Assembly: GCF_009834535.1 (NCBI RefSeq)
Contig: NC_045698.1
Span: forward strand, 13,208,001-13,272,000
DNA length: 64,000 bases
Direction of reading: 5' to 3'
Origin: Camelus ferus
Taxonomy: Eukaryota
Shown here: positions 39,911-52,482 of the stretch, piece by piece
Layout of the letters: every line of letters starts with the position of its first letter
Numbering within the stretch: position 1 is the stretch's first letter
Position numbers and translations under genes: made by a program
Notes under the pieces: generated by a model
Told to the model about the DNA's origin: nothing
The model's database searches: none
What the model saw: the letters and a program-made list of their open reading frames with translations, nothing else

Positions 39911-41074
39911 GACGCTATAGATCATATATATAATTCTATTATATATAGAATAATATGTTAGTCTTCTAAGGATTCATATGTTGCTGTAAATAGTCTTGCT
40001 TTAGAACTGAAAGACACAGTGCCATTAAATCTATCAAGATAAAGACATTTTAGTGAGAGAGAGTTTAACGTCTCCTGGAGAAGGTGTTCCACTGCATCAA
40101 ATCTATGTGAATGTACCACCAGAATGAATATAAACGTACACACACTTTGTAATACGTCATCTAGAACTGTACTGCATTCTGTTTGTTCCCTGAGCCTTTT
40201 GAAGAGACATCACCACCACAAGTGATGGTGCAGGAATCTTTGTCCATCGTGGAATGTTGAAGTGGGATCATCTGGCACTTGTATAATATTAACATAATAC
40301 ATAGGGCTAAAATTCTGTTTGAGATTATGATAGAAATGAAAATATAAAACAGGTGACAGACTCTATATGCAAATTATTCTCTGAGAATTTTTTTTTTCTT
40401 TTAAGAAAAAGAAAATCCATTTAACCTAGGTTACTGTCAGACAGCGTGTGGGTATCAGAGGTAACTCTGAGCCAATCAAGGAAGCCAGAGTGGAAGAGAT
40501 TTTCATTTAATGAAATAATCATCTCAAGTATGACGGAGTAGATTGGTCAGTAAGTCATTCAGCCATCAAGAGAAAAGGGTACTTAGAAGACAGGTGAAAA
40601 AGAGATAGGTCCTACTCAAAGGCTCTTTTCTCTCCACAAATCAACACCCTCTCCTCCCATTTACTTATAATAGTTCAGAGAAGAAGGGGTTAGTTTGCTA
40701 AGCTAGTTTCTGATCTGATGAAGGGAATTTGAGAGGGCATAATAAAAGCTCTACATCACATTCGTAAATCGATGCTGGCATACTAGAGGTGCAACAAGCT
40801 GTTAGGAAGGCCCTCTGAGAATTAAACCTGCTAAAGCTATGACAGAAGTCCAGAGCAGCCCTTGGAAAAGACTTACTGTCTAAAAGAATTCATTGCCTGC
40901 CTGTGTGCGATCATTCAGATCCTCAGAGAGAATCCATGTCCATTCTGCTAACATTGGCACTCTGGAAATAGGAGTCCTCAAATGAGAAATCTGGGTAATT
41001 AGTGGCACTCATTTTGTTTTATAATGATGAATAAATAGTTGCCTTTTAAATTTTTGAAACTACTTATAAGTGTT

Positions 41075-41560
41075 TAATTTGGTAAATGTAATTATTATGT
41101 ATAGTTTTTCTAGAAAATAGTTAAAATATATACCAATAAACCATTGCCACAAACAAGATAGTGAACACTTCTTCCCCACCCCCGATTTTCCTCATGCCCA
41201 CGTATGATCCCTGCTTCCTGTCTCCCTCTGCCTCGCTCATCCTTAAGCAACCGTCAGTCTGATGTCTGTCACCAAAGTTTAGTTTGCATATCTGAAATGT
41301 TATGTAAGTGGAGTCATAAGAGTATACTCTCTCTTTTGTCTGATTTCTTTCACTCAGCATAATTGTAAGGAAATTCATCCATGTTGCAATGTGTATCAAT
41401 AGATCATTGATTTTTATTGCTAATAAAAGAGATTCCATTGTCTGGATATTACACATTTTGTTTATTAACTCTTCTGTTGATCAACATTTGGATCGTTTCC
41501 ACTCTTTGGCTATTACAGATGAAGCTACTATGAATATTCACATGAAAGTCTTTGTAACAA
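41075..41560 (-). mobile_element. Old L1 3' UTR, antisense
   Basis: TTTCTTTCACTCAGCATAATT..ATTCATCCATGTTGC..ATTCCATTGT..ACATTTGGATCGTTTCCA..GCTACTATGAATATTC. Confidence 0.85.
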
Positions 41561-41779
41561 TAGATACAAAAGGTCTCCCAAGGCAATAAACTTAGGCAAT
41601 TGTAGGGCCCCCTTGTTTACTCCCCTCCTCTCAGGGATCATTATTCTGCATTTCTTGATGGCTAGATTTTGAAAACCACTTTTAAAATACATTTTATTGT
41701 TGTTTCATCAAATAGAAGGGTAAATCTGGTCCCTTTTCCTCCTTTTTTTTTTTCTGAAATAAAGATCCCCAAAGTTTTC

Positions 41780-44700
41780 CTGTTTTTCAAGTGATATATG
41801 TTTCAATGACACAGATAACAAGACATTGTTTTTGCCACGAAGATCACACAAGTGGTCTTCGTGGAGATTCTTCTATTGGCTTTTGTCATAAACTCTAACA
41901 GTGTCATATCCTGCCACAGACACCACAGTTGCAGTAGCATCTCCCTGTTGTACACAACAAAAAGCAGTGTGCTTGCCCTTCAGCCTGGCCCTGCTGCGCA
42001 GTGCTTTCCTCTGTGTCTCATTCAAAGCGACAGCCTTCTTTGTCACGCGGTAATTGATTTGGAACTACATTCCCAGATCTGTGGTAAGGTGCTGCCACTA
42101 CCTGAAGAAACCTAACAAGAAATCTCTTCTTTCTTAGTGGAGGAAAATTTAATATGCAGTAAATGATTTGGATTTTATTTGGAGGGAAGTTTTCAACATT
42201 CCCAAATAATTCATTCCCCAAAACCTTGTCGATCTCCTTCTAAATCTTCTTAGTTTTTAATCTTTCAATCTCTGAAGCACGTATAGCTCTTTAAGACCCT
42301 TAATATATGTACTTCTTGATCATTTGGTCCAAACAACACAATATAATAAAAATAGTGGACACTATGTTATTCTGTGGGCTGAACATATGGTCCAGTTCCT
42401 TTTGAACTAAATTTCTACAAAGGTGAAGGAGTTAATGTAGTTCTGAGGTAAGAATGTAGCTGTATAGTGCTGTCTATCTCATATGACTTTGAACTGCTTC
42501 TAATCATTCTTTCTCTTTGGGAAGGAAAAGGTGATGATTGTACACCACATATCTCAGTCCATGTTGACTGGCAGAAGAGCTTCAAGTGGGACTTCCTCTT
42601 GGTTGAGTTTATATGATGCCCAGTCATCTTCCAGGTCCATTTGGTTTGTAGGCGCCAAAAGAGTGAATTAAATGGGGATGCAGTGGAAGACACGATCACT
42701 GAATCATGTGGGTCTTTAAGGTAAGTTACGTAGAGAGTCATTTCCATTAGATGTGATATTGTTTTGAGTCTCTTCTCTTGAACAATAACCTGGGTGATTT
42801 CAGAGACTTCTACTTGGCCTTCCCCATTATATTAGCTCCTTGTTCATAGGCCAAGAAAAATCACAGGGTGGTTCTGCCAAGGATAAAATAAAATGTGTCT
42901 GTCTCAATTATGAGCTCGGAGACTAGGGAAATGACTACTGAGTTGTTCCATAGACCTATTAACTCACCATAAACCAGACCAGACATGGTTCTGTATTTGT
43001 TACTAGATCAATATGTTATCTCTCTGTGGTAGGGCAGGAAAAAAACACCCTAAAAATGTTTGTGTCCTAAGAACTAGACTCTGGACATATGTTGTTATAT
43101 AGTAATAGGGAATTAAGGGGAAGATGAAATTAAGGTCGCTAATCAGCTGGAGATGGGACAATTATTTTGAATTATCTGGGGTGACCCAGTGCAATTATAG
43201 AAATCCTTAAAAATGGAAAAAAGAGACAGAGGAAATATGTTGACATTTTGGAATCAAAGCCAAAGAAGTATGTGTGTGAATTCAGTCATGTGTTGCTGGC
43301 TTGAAGTTGGAAGAAGAGGGTTATGAGCCACAGAATGTGGGTAGGTGGGTGGCTTCTAGAGGATGGAAAGGCAAAAAAAAAAAAAAAAAAAAAAAAATTC
43401 TCCCCTAAAGCCTTCGGAAAGGAGCACAAACTTGGCAATAACCTGGGTGAGAACAGTGAGGCCTATTTCAAATATCTAACTTCTAGAACTATAAGATAAT
43501 AAGTGTGTTCTACTGTAAGCCCCCAAGATTGCAATAATGTGTTACAGCAGCCGTAGAAAACTAACATCCCCCTTTAATAGGAGACCATGGTGATATTTCA
43601 TTTCTTGTGTAGTAATGTCAGCTTTAACCCTCTATCCACATTTCTCAGAATAGCTGAGTTTTTACATTTCCCCAGTTGGCAGATACTCTTGTAAAGGCTG
43701 TATTTCACTTTAGGAAAGAATAAGTTGGACCATTACCATATTCATTGGTATGGCATTGTAGCATCCTTTCTTCTGGAGAGTTGGACATCCTTTAGTCACA
43801 GGGTTCTGAGTCTGGAAACTGCGTTAAATGATAATAATAATAATAAAACTAGACAAGTTATTGAGATGGTTTTTAACTGAATAAGCTGCATTCAACCTTC
43901 TGAACCATACACCCTTGCTTTCTTCCTATATGTGAAACACTTCTTTTGTTGAATATGCATCACCCTTGCCCTAGGCTTGCGGGATTTTTTTTAACCATCC
44001 TTAAAACTCATTGCGGGTCAGACACCCCCTTGGTGCCAATCAGATGTTGCTACTCATTAAAATAATTTTGCTCATCTTACTTCTGATTAAGAGTCACCAC
44101 CTTCTGACCTCTATGATTTGAGAGATCTATTTCCTCATTGTTACCAGGGAATCCCAGTCTGCAGCAACATCTCATCCCTTCAGCCATCACTAAATAGAGC
44201 CACTAATGAGCTTGTCTGTGATGCTGGGGCCCCTCTCAGCTGCGTTTCACTAAACATTGTGGTAAATGTGTTGTCTTCCAGGTCCTGCTACAGAACATAG
44301 TTGAGTGATGGAGTTCCTTGTCTTATATGTCATTCCACTTTCTTTGAACACGTCTTCCACTCTGTGCCATTTTGACACTTCTATCTCACTTAGTGTGGAT
44401 CATCACGTCTTTCAAGCTTTTGAAAGTCATCCTGCAGCATATTTGCACTGGCTTCTGAGACTCTGTTATAATATTAGCTTCTGGATCACAGAGGAGTGCT
44501 TTCATACAGTTAACCTCTCCTTTACCCAGTTTTATATCCTGCCATCTCCCTTTGTTCTGGCCAGCTTGGAATCCAGCCCTATGCAAACTCCATTAGATAC
44601 TGTCAATCAGTGTTAACTAGGTCCTTGGTCCCTTTGTGGCATCGTTCCTTTGCTCCTGTTGTGATCTAGCATTTCCATGACAGGGTTATGTTATGATTTT

Positions 44701-45436
44701 ACCTTAGTTAATGGCCTGATGGCCAGGAGAAGAGGTGAAGTCAAAGGGATGCAAGAGGGAAGCCCTTTACTTTTATAAGAAGGAGTGGACCACATTTGCA
44801 GGCCCAGAAGAAGCAAGAAATACTGGGTTTTAATACATTCAAGTGCAGAGCCGAGATGTTCCCAGCCCAAACTTCAGAATCACATGTCACATTAGGAACT
44901 TGACATTTTCATAGTTGACTTGCTTGCTTTGATGACTCAACCTTCTGCTAAGTTCTGTTAACCCTATATTTTGCCCTGGACTTGATTCTCACATTTTTTT
45001 CTGCCCTGAGAGTATAAGAGATGAGAGTTACATTATAAGCTGCCAAGGAGCCCCCTGGCTTTCACATTCTGCTTCCTGGTTTTGATTAATCGCACTGAGC
45101 CTCCCACTGTTTCCCTGCAAGGCTTTCACAGCTCCCAGCTCGTCAAAATATGAATCTTCAGTCTTTGCAGTGAGCATCTCTCACACGTGCACAAATGCTT
45201 GAGATGTCACACCCATCGGGTGGTCTCTCTGCTTCCCGCCATGCGATGCACCAGCAGCAGAAGTTTTCACAGTTGCCCTGCAGCAGCTTTGTGGCCACAC
45301 TGCAGCGTGATTCGGGCTGAGATCCTGTTCTGCCTTCAACTGGCGGTGGGGCTCTCACAGTGCATCTGCTGGCAGGGGCTGCAGCTCCAAAGTCACATTT
45401 TAGGGTCTCCTTCCTAGGAACGCACCTGACTCCAAA
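41780..45436 (-). mobile_element. Fossil ERV-L (ERV3-16A3/HERV16-like) internal region with gag and pol remnants
   Basis: Minus-strand peptides ..SSTASPFNSLFWRLQ.KWTWKMT.. (ERV-L RT N-terminus TSPFNSPIWPVQK..WRMT) and EDNTFTT..LRGAPASQTSSLVAL (ERV-L Gag EDTPFT..VRGAPASLKSSVVAL). PBS-like TGGAGTCAGG abuts the LTR. Confidence 0.85.
43025..43566 (+). mobile_element. MaLR LTR MLT1D-like, nested in the ERV-L
   Basis: TGTGGTAGG start, GGAATTAAGG..GCTAATCAGCTG..GATGGGACAATTATTTTGAATTATCTGGG, terminus GTTACAGCAGCCGTAGAAAACTAACA. Confidence 0.9.
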
Positions 45437-45879
45437 TCTCTGAGGTTTGGTTTCCTGGGAAAAGGTTCTGAGGGAAAGATCTGCATGCAGGTCCAGTTAG
45501 TTCAATCCTCTCTGAATTAACACATGCAAGGAAGAGAAGCAGGGGGACTCAAGATGGGGCAGAGGGAGAATTTTGACTGTGATGCAATGACAGCAGGATC
45601 TTCAGCTGGCTGCTAACACGTAGAGCTCTGAGCTACATCTCACGGAGACCTCTTAGTTGAGCGCCTGTGGCTGGTCCTCCGTGTTCCCGTATCAGTCAGT
45701 CATTGGTATGTGCTGTCCTGGGGAAGGTTTTGTAACCTTGGGTGAGGGAGCTCCCGTGAGTTTGGAAACAGCAGCAACAATTGGGTCTATGGTGTCAGGA
45801 GCTGACGACCCTGACAGCCAGGCCACAAGGGTTTCCACCTTGGAAGGGAGGTCCGAAATGTGCCCACAGTGCCACTGCA
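45437..45879 (-). mobile_element. LTR16-like 5' LTR of the ERV-L provirus
   Basis: GGGCAGAGGGAGAA..CTGTGATGCA..CAGTCATTGG..ACCTTGGGTGAGG..CCACAG.GCCACTGCA, directly adjacent to the PBS and internal region. Confidence 0.8.
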
Positions 45880-46544
45880 GGTGTCAGTGGTGCCCTTCTC
45901 TGACTCCTGCAGCAGATACAAACCTTGTTTTTATTGTCAGTACACTGTAATATTCAGTTTCTAAGAGTGATGATGGATACGCCTGTGCTACTCAACAGTA
46001 TGACTGTTAAATCAATTTGAGATCCACTGCAGTTTGACCTCATTCTACATTTTTATCACTGTCCTTCAGTATTACTCTTATATAACAAGCATTATCCTCC
46101 AGCCACACTGGCTACATCTAATTTTCCCTTCACTGTCCCCCAGCTTCTGTTTCTACTGCAGTTATCTCTCTGGAGTCACCGTATTCCTTATGTTTAGATA
46201 TGTTTAAGACACTTAACTATAGTTTACAGCAAAGGCACTGACCTTCTATCTTATTTCTGAACAATAAACACTTGAATTATTAAGTCACTGAGGTGATCAG
46301 CTACAGAGTGAGGGTAAAAAACAACTCAACCAAGTACAATATTTTTGAAATAAAAACAATTGATCATAATTCATATTGGGAGATGTTGAATATTCCAGTG
46401 GCTCATTCTGTCTAAGAGGCAGGAAGATAATAGATTAAACCAGGCAGGAAACATTTGTGTGGTCAGTTTGTTTTCCAAGCTGTATAAGTGATAGTGGTAG
46501 CCTGGGTTTGGGATGTTGGGGTGTTTAATTACATTTGTAAGAGA

Positions 46545-47105
46545 CAGTTAGTCATGGCATGTAGGACAGCAAGGATAATATAAACCTCACTACGTATTTT
46601 CACAGAGTGAATTGTACATAAGGATTTGTACAGAACTGGAGATGTGGAGGTACACAGAGAGGTCACTTAGGTAACCCAGAAATGATAACCCAGAGGCTAC
46701 AGGGCAGCCTCTGTTCCTAGGACTGAGGCCACAAAGGGATGATTTGGTATTAATTAGAATTTAGAAGCTCAGCAGAGGTTTCTCATGGAAGTTGGATTCA
46801 GATCTCTCAGAAAGCAGAGAAATTCACTGGCTTATCAGACACAGTGAGGCTGGTTTGGAGAGTGCTGTTGGGGAAGCTGCCCTTGCTGTGGCGCACCTGC
46901 CAGGGACTGCAGGAATACACGAAGTCAGGTGCCATTTCACTCGTCCTGTCCTCCAGGATTCTTGGATGCCACCTATTAGCCAAGGCTGGCCAGTAGTCAT
47001 CTGGTAAAGAGAGTTGTAATTCGCAGAGTCGTGGCCCCAGTGTCACAAAGCAGGGTATAAAGGGACAACTTTGGAGCAGTAGAAGCTAGTTTATAATCGG
47101 CCCAG
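46545..47105 (-). mobile_element. Ancient ERV-L-type LTR (LTR40/41-like)
   Basis: CCTAGGACTGAGG..ACAAAGGGA..TTAGAATTTAGAAGCT..CAGATCTCT and GCAGAGTC..CCCAGTGTCACAAAGCAG; ends are approximate. Confidence 0.6.
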
Positions 47106-47575
47106 TGTTGCAGGAGCTCAGATCTGGTAAAGTGCACACACGTGCTCTCTAACAGTCAAGGCAGAGCTCAGATGGACACCGTCATTAGTCTGGCCATGCT
47201 ACCGAATTGTGAACACAAGAATAAATTGAGCTTCTTTTCTCTTGTAAGGCTATTCTCTTACATTTCACTTCACGTCAGGCTTCTCTAAGAACTTTCAGGA
47301 TAGATCACTTTACTATCAGTTCTGCTATAAATCAAATATGGCTTCCTGACTCCCAAGAGGTTAATTTTAGTGTCCCTACTCCCCTTTCAATGAATAGATG
47401 TTGTCATGAGTGCTTTGTATCTTTGACATAAGTTCCACTCTTTACCTAGTACTGATTTGTGAAACAAATTCTTTACTATTTGAGCAGGTATTGTTTAACA
47501 GCTACAAAGATTAATGTCCAATATATATTCAACTTACGCAAAATGTAAGATTTGTATGAATGCACATAACTCTTA

Positions 47576-47692
47576 TTGAGAGAGAGAGAAGGATTCAGAG
47601 AGATCGATAGAGAGGGAGAAACTGAGAGACAGAGACAGAAACAGAGACAGAGACTGAGACAGAGAGAAAGAGAGTGAGATTAAGCAGAAAGA
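47576..47692. repeat. Degenerate (GA)n/(GAGACA)n purine-rich repeat
   Basis: Directly visible. Confidence 0.85.
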
Positions 47693-49965
47693 CAAAATAT
47701 TCAGGGAGATGTAGGCAAACTTCCATGAAAATGACACTTGATGTGAAATGTGAGCGTGAATAAGAGTCAAACTAGTTCAGGGAAGGGGACAACTAATAAT
47801 ACTCTAGGAGAGAGCATGATGGAAGTTCCCAGGACAGCAGAGATGGGAGTGAACCTGTTATGTTTAAGTCACTAAAAAAAGTTGTGCGTTAAATAATATT
47901 GAATAAGAGCATTAAAGGGAAAAATAGTAGGAGCTTTGAAACGGATCAAAATATCTTTGAATATCTTTAGAGAAAAATAAAGCATTTCCAAGCATGGTCC
48001 TTGTGGTTATTCTGATTCCACAGAACCTTTGAGTCTTTCCTTGTCTTTGATATCTTTTTCAGTTTTTAAAATTGAGAGTAACCAATTCATTGCTGCTGAG
48101 AGAATGCAAATTGTTTCACTGAAACACAATTGATTAGCTATTGGCACCTTATGCATATTGACACTTTTTCCGTCTTTGTATCTATCTGTACATCCATTCA
48201 GCATCCCTAATGTTTATATGTGTGTCTGCCTTTGGATTCTTCTTATTTTTACAAGAATAATGATTTTTTTTAAAAAAAATCTTTACTTTGGAACATACAT
48301 TTTTATTTTAAAAACTTCATTTCCTTTCACTTTAGAAATAAATGCTTCTTTTGTATAAATGTAAAACACACATGCACGTAAATAACTGATGAATCTTCCT
48401 CTCAGGATTTGAAGGAGTTCCAAAGAGTTACATAGTTCCAAATAGCTGATAGACGACACATCATTTCTTTAAGACAGACTCCAATATTTTTGCACTTCAA
48501 TGTCTATGTAACACAGAAAACTCGTTCAATTTAATTTTTAATTGCAGGCTGTGATATTTCTTGGTGGTGTTTTTCAGAATATTCAAGAGTGGTTTTCCAT
48601 TGCTACACCTTTCACCAATTTTTAAATTTTTTTTTTTTTTGGCTATGTATCTAGTAAGCATCCCCCTAAAGAAGTAAAAGACTAATGGTCTACTTCAATT
48701 TTCTTTGTGATGTATCTGTCATAGAAAAAATGGCACAAAGCAAATCCAATTTTCTCACTGGTTCTATAAGTGCTGATTTTGCTTGGACTAAACCAATGCT
48801 TATTCTTTTGCATCAGAAAATTGTTATCCAAGTGTATTAAAAAAGAAAATTTTAGGTTCGGTGCAATCTTAGCTAGGGAGAGAGATGTATATCACAATGG
48901 GATAGTGATGCCTCATCCAAGCTATTATGTGTGTCTCAACATCAAGTTATAACTGTCTTTATAAATAACACACAAAATCATTAAGGCTAATTAATACAGG
49001 TGAAATTTTCTGAGATCACACTTTTGCCACTTCAGGTTGTAAGTTAAGGTAAAAGAAATATGAATTTTTATAAGGCAGCGTTTGCAAAATAAATACTTTA
49101 AGAAATAAAAAGTTACAGGCTACATGACTTTTTTTTTCCTGCAGATATCTTAATCATCCTAAATTTACAGGTTGGTAATTCATATTTTGAGAAAAACCAT
49201 CTCTTATAGTCAAGGTACTATCTATCTCCAAGTCAAGATAGCTCTATATAGAGGATATTTACCATATGGAAATAATTTCTTAGTGATAATGTGTAATATT
49301 AATTTGCACATAGACATTAAAAGCAAATTACACTAATCACATTTTAAGACTCTACATATTTCTGTGAACTTGGAATAGGTTTTTCTATCAATGATTTTAT
49401 AATGATTTGCTATCATTAAATATTTAAAAAAGCAAAGTATTTTGTGTTTAGATTTTGTGCAACCTACCTAGACATATAATATAAAACTATATATATTATA
49501 TTTTCTTTATTAAACTGTACTTGGTCTGCCCTTATGAAATTTAACACTTCCTCCAACTTCAGTCAGCTGTGAACAGCTGCGTATGACAAGCAGTGGGTGT
49601 ACAGGCTTTGGATGATGAGATGAGAGAGAATAAGAAGGTGGTCATAGCGCAACTTTGTGAGGAAGAACAATGCATTTAATTTGCAAAGCGCAAGTTATTT
49701 GCTTTGAGTGAGTAGATCTGGGTTGTGTGTTTGCATGAATTAACATATTGACAGAAGTATATTTTTATAATGCTTTTTTATATTATTTTAAATAAGTTTT
49801 GGATAATAGAAAACCTTGAAAAATACACAATATATGCAATTGTTAATATTTTGTATGGGAAACAGCACAAGTTTTGGATCCAGACAGACTTTATAAAACA
49901 GACTTAAAACACTCACATAATAGGTGGTTTTACAAATGCAAGAAGATATTTAAAGAAATAGTCAT

Positions 49966-50079
49966 GAAAACGAATATATGTATGCTCCTATATGACTGAA
50001 GCATTGTGCTGTACACCAGAAATTGACAGAACATTGTGAACCGACTATACTTCAGTAAAAATATATAAATGAGGGAAAA
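49966..50079 (+). mobile_element. Very short 5'-truncated L1 3' end
   Basis: Matches the end of the L1s at 7.6 kb and 21.1 kb. Perfect 14-bp TSD AAAGAAATAGTCAT (49952-49965, 50080-50093) at a TT/AAAG endonuclease site. Confidence 0.93.
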
Positions 50080-51643
50080 AAAGAAATAGTCATCATTGCC
50101 ATATATTGTATAACCAATATGAATTATATTATTATAATTGTTGAAGCCAAATATGGGAAAAGCCTTAATACTGAATGTCTCATGTTAGATCTTATTTTAA
50201 TTTGTTTTCACCAAATTGAAATGATCCAACTATATCAAAATGTGACTTAAAATACTACCTATATAATACTTCTGTTAAGCATATGTAGACAAAATATTAA
50301 GAAATACAACGATCCCTAATTGAGAGAATAGGTTCTTTGATAGACTTAAGGCACATAGTAACTCATTAGTGTATTTAAATGTTAAGCATTAGATATTTGT
50401 TATTTACCATTAAAATTGAAAAGAAAAATATGTTAATACTATATAGAGACAGATAAGTTAAAATAATCTACCTATCCATAAATAAGCATAATGCAATATT
50501 ATTAATTGGGCAGATATAAGGCATAGAGAAGTTTTAAAAATTAATAAAATAAACGCAGTTTCCGTAGTTACACAGAATCATTTCATTTCCTAGTAAATTT
50601 CTTTCAATGCATTTTTTTGCTTAATTCAGCTTATTCAGTATACAAAGAACATGCTATATTTCAGAATAATTTATTAGTACTTTTCTGCATGAATGAAAAA
50701 TAAAATTAATAAATGTAATGTTTATTGTAGAACTACTTTATTTACCAGGCTAGATCATTAAACGATCTTAACCCTGAGGGAAAGAGGAGAGAGAAGATAA
50801 TATATAAACAAAAATGAACATGAAATGATTTAACTTACTAGAAAAAAAAAACAGTGACTTTTAAGAAATAAAATTTCAAATATATAAACATTTCAAATTA
50901 GTAGAATTTATCATGCCAAACAGATAAAACAATTCTAATAGTAATTATCCAAAAAAAAAGCTGGTAAAAACATGTTTCCCATCCTAATAGAAACTCTACA
51001 TTAGTACATAATATAAAGTTATGCATTCACTTAATTTATATACCTTAAAGAATGGGCTGCTGGTTGATCAATCTTTGTTCCCTTTAAAATCTCAGATATG
51101 TTTTATTACTCAGATCTCGAATAAGCTTTAGAATTTTCTTTTCTAAAATGTTCAAGTAGCTTTTTATTTGTTGATGGAAATGTTTATATTTTCAAATCAA
51201 AACTAATCACTCATTGTGACTCCAATCATCCAAATATACAGCATGATTTGTTTTACTTCTGTTTTTCTTGCAATGTTTTTCTTTAGGATGAAACTAGTAA
51301 GTCACTGACATTATGATATCAGATACATAATAAATCACACATCTAATAATAAATCACACATATCTAAGAGGTCTGATTGGTTCTCACAATAGTATACTTA
51401 TCAGATCCTACTGTGAATAATTTCTTCTTATACAGGCATACCTCATTTTATTTTGCTTCACTTTATACACTTTGCAAATACTGCGTATTTTACAAATTTA
51501 AGGTTTGTGGCCGCCCTGTGTCTAGTAAGCCTATTCATGTCATTTTCCCAAATATATTATTTTTTAATAAAGGTATGTAAATTGTTTTTTCAGACATAAT
51601 GCTGTCTTACACCTAATAGACTACAGTATAGTGTAAACATAAC

Positions 51644-51691
51644 CTTTTTTTTAACATTTTTTATTGATTTATAATAATTGTACAATGTTGT
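51644..51691 (-). mobile_element. 48-bp L1 3' stub
   Basis: Poly-T plus AACATTTTTTATTGATTTATAAT..ACAATGTTG, flanked by TSD TAAACATAAC (51634-51643, 51692-51701). Confidence 0.85.
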
Positions 51692-51748
51692 TAAACATAA
51701 CTTTTATACGCATTGGGAAACCAAAAAAAAAATTAGTGTGACTTGCTT

Positions 51749-51937
51749 AATATTTTTGTTGTTTTATTTTTTTAACAATATAACATTTTTTTATTGATTT
51801 ATAATCATTTTATAATGTGTCAAATTCCAGTGTAGAGCGCAATTTTTCAGTTATACATGAACATATGTATATTCATTGTCACATTTTTTTCTCTGTGAGC
51901 TACCATAGGAGCTTGTGTATATTTCCCTGTGCTATTT
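51749..51937 (-). mobile_element. About 190-bp L1 3' end (young subfamily)
   Basis: T-rich tail plus TTTATTGATTTATAATCATTTT..CAAATTCCAGTGTAGAG..TTTCCCTGTGCTAT, flanked by TSD GTGTGACTTGCTT (51736-51748, 51938-51950). Confidence 0.9.
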
Positions 51938-52482
51938 GTGTGACTTGCTTTATCACGATGTTCCTTTGGTTTTGGTGGTCTGGAAATGAACGCGTAATAT
52001 CTGCAAGGCATTCCTGTTATTTCTAAATACACAAATTGTCTAAAAGCTTTAATTAAAGCTTCTACATATTGATGATACAGTTATCCCTTTCACCAGGACC
52101 ACACTTAACGCTGAGAAAAATGACAGCTTGCACTAATGTGGTGTCGGGAATTCCTAATAGTGAATGATAACATGTATAGCAACAGAGAGATTGATAAATG
52201 TCATCCTGCGGCTGCTTTAGCAGCATCCCTGGTCCGGCCTTGGGGAGTCTAGTAAGTAGGGTTAGGACTCAGCCTCCTGCTGTGCCCCTCCCAACTGGAC
52301 TTTTCTGTCTGCCCGAAGCTTCTCCAGGCTGAGCAGCGGACTGTACTCATGAGGAGTGAAAGCCAGAGCTAAGGCTTTGTCCAGACTAATGAAGAAAGTG
52401 GCCAGGACTCAGCTTCTCTTGTGCCTGGACCCCAGTGGGGAGTGGCCGAGAGCCTTTGGATGAAGATTCCACCCGACTGTGA

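Larger units (their letters stand above)
51433..52016. mobile_element. Tigger1 internal-deletion derivative (MITE) carrying two L1 insertions
   Basis: TA-CAGGCATACCTC start, Tigger1 5' and 3' terminal segments joined, end GGTCTGGAA..AATATCTGCAAGGCATTCCTG. Confidence 0.9.

Noticed and set aside
34295..45879. LTR16-like piece at 34.3 kb as the missing 3' LTR of the ERV-L
   Set aside because: It is in the opposite orientation and separated by unrelated sequence.
49128..49176. Possible 26-nt micro-exon (poly-T CCTGCAG ... CAG|GTTGGT)
   Set aside because: Weak donor, not frame-preserving, and no partner exons.
51327..51368. Short tandem duplication ATAATAAATCACACAT; a similar one near 60529-60565
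   Set aside because: Ordinary slippage duplications.
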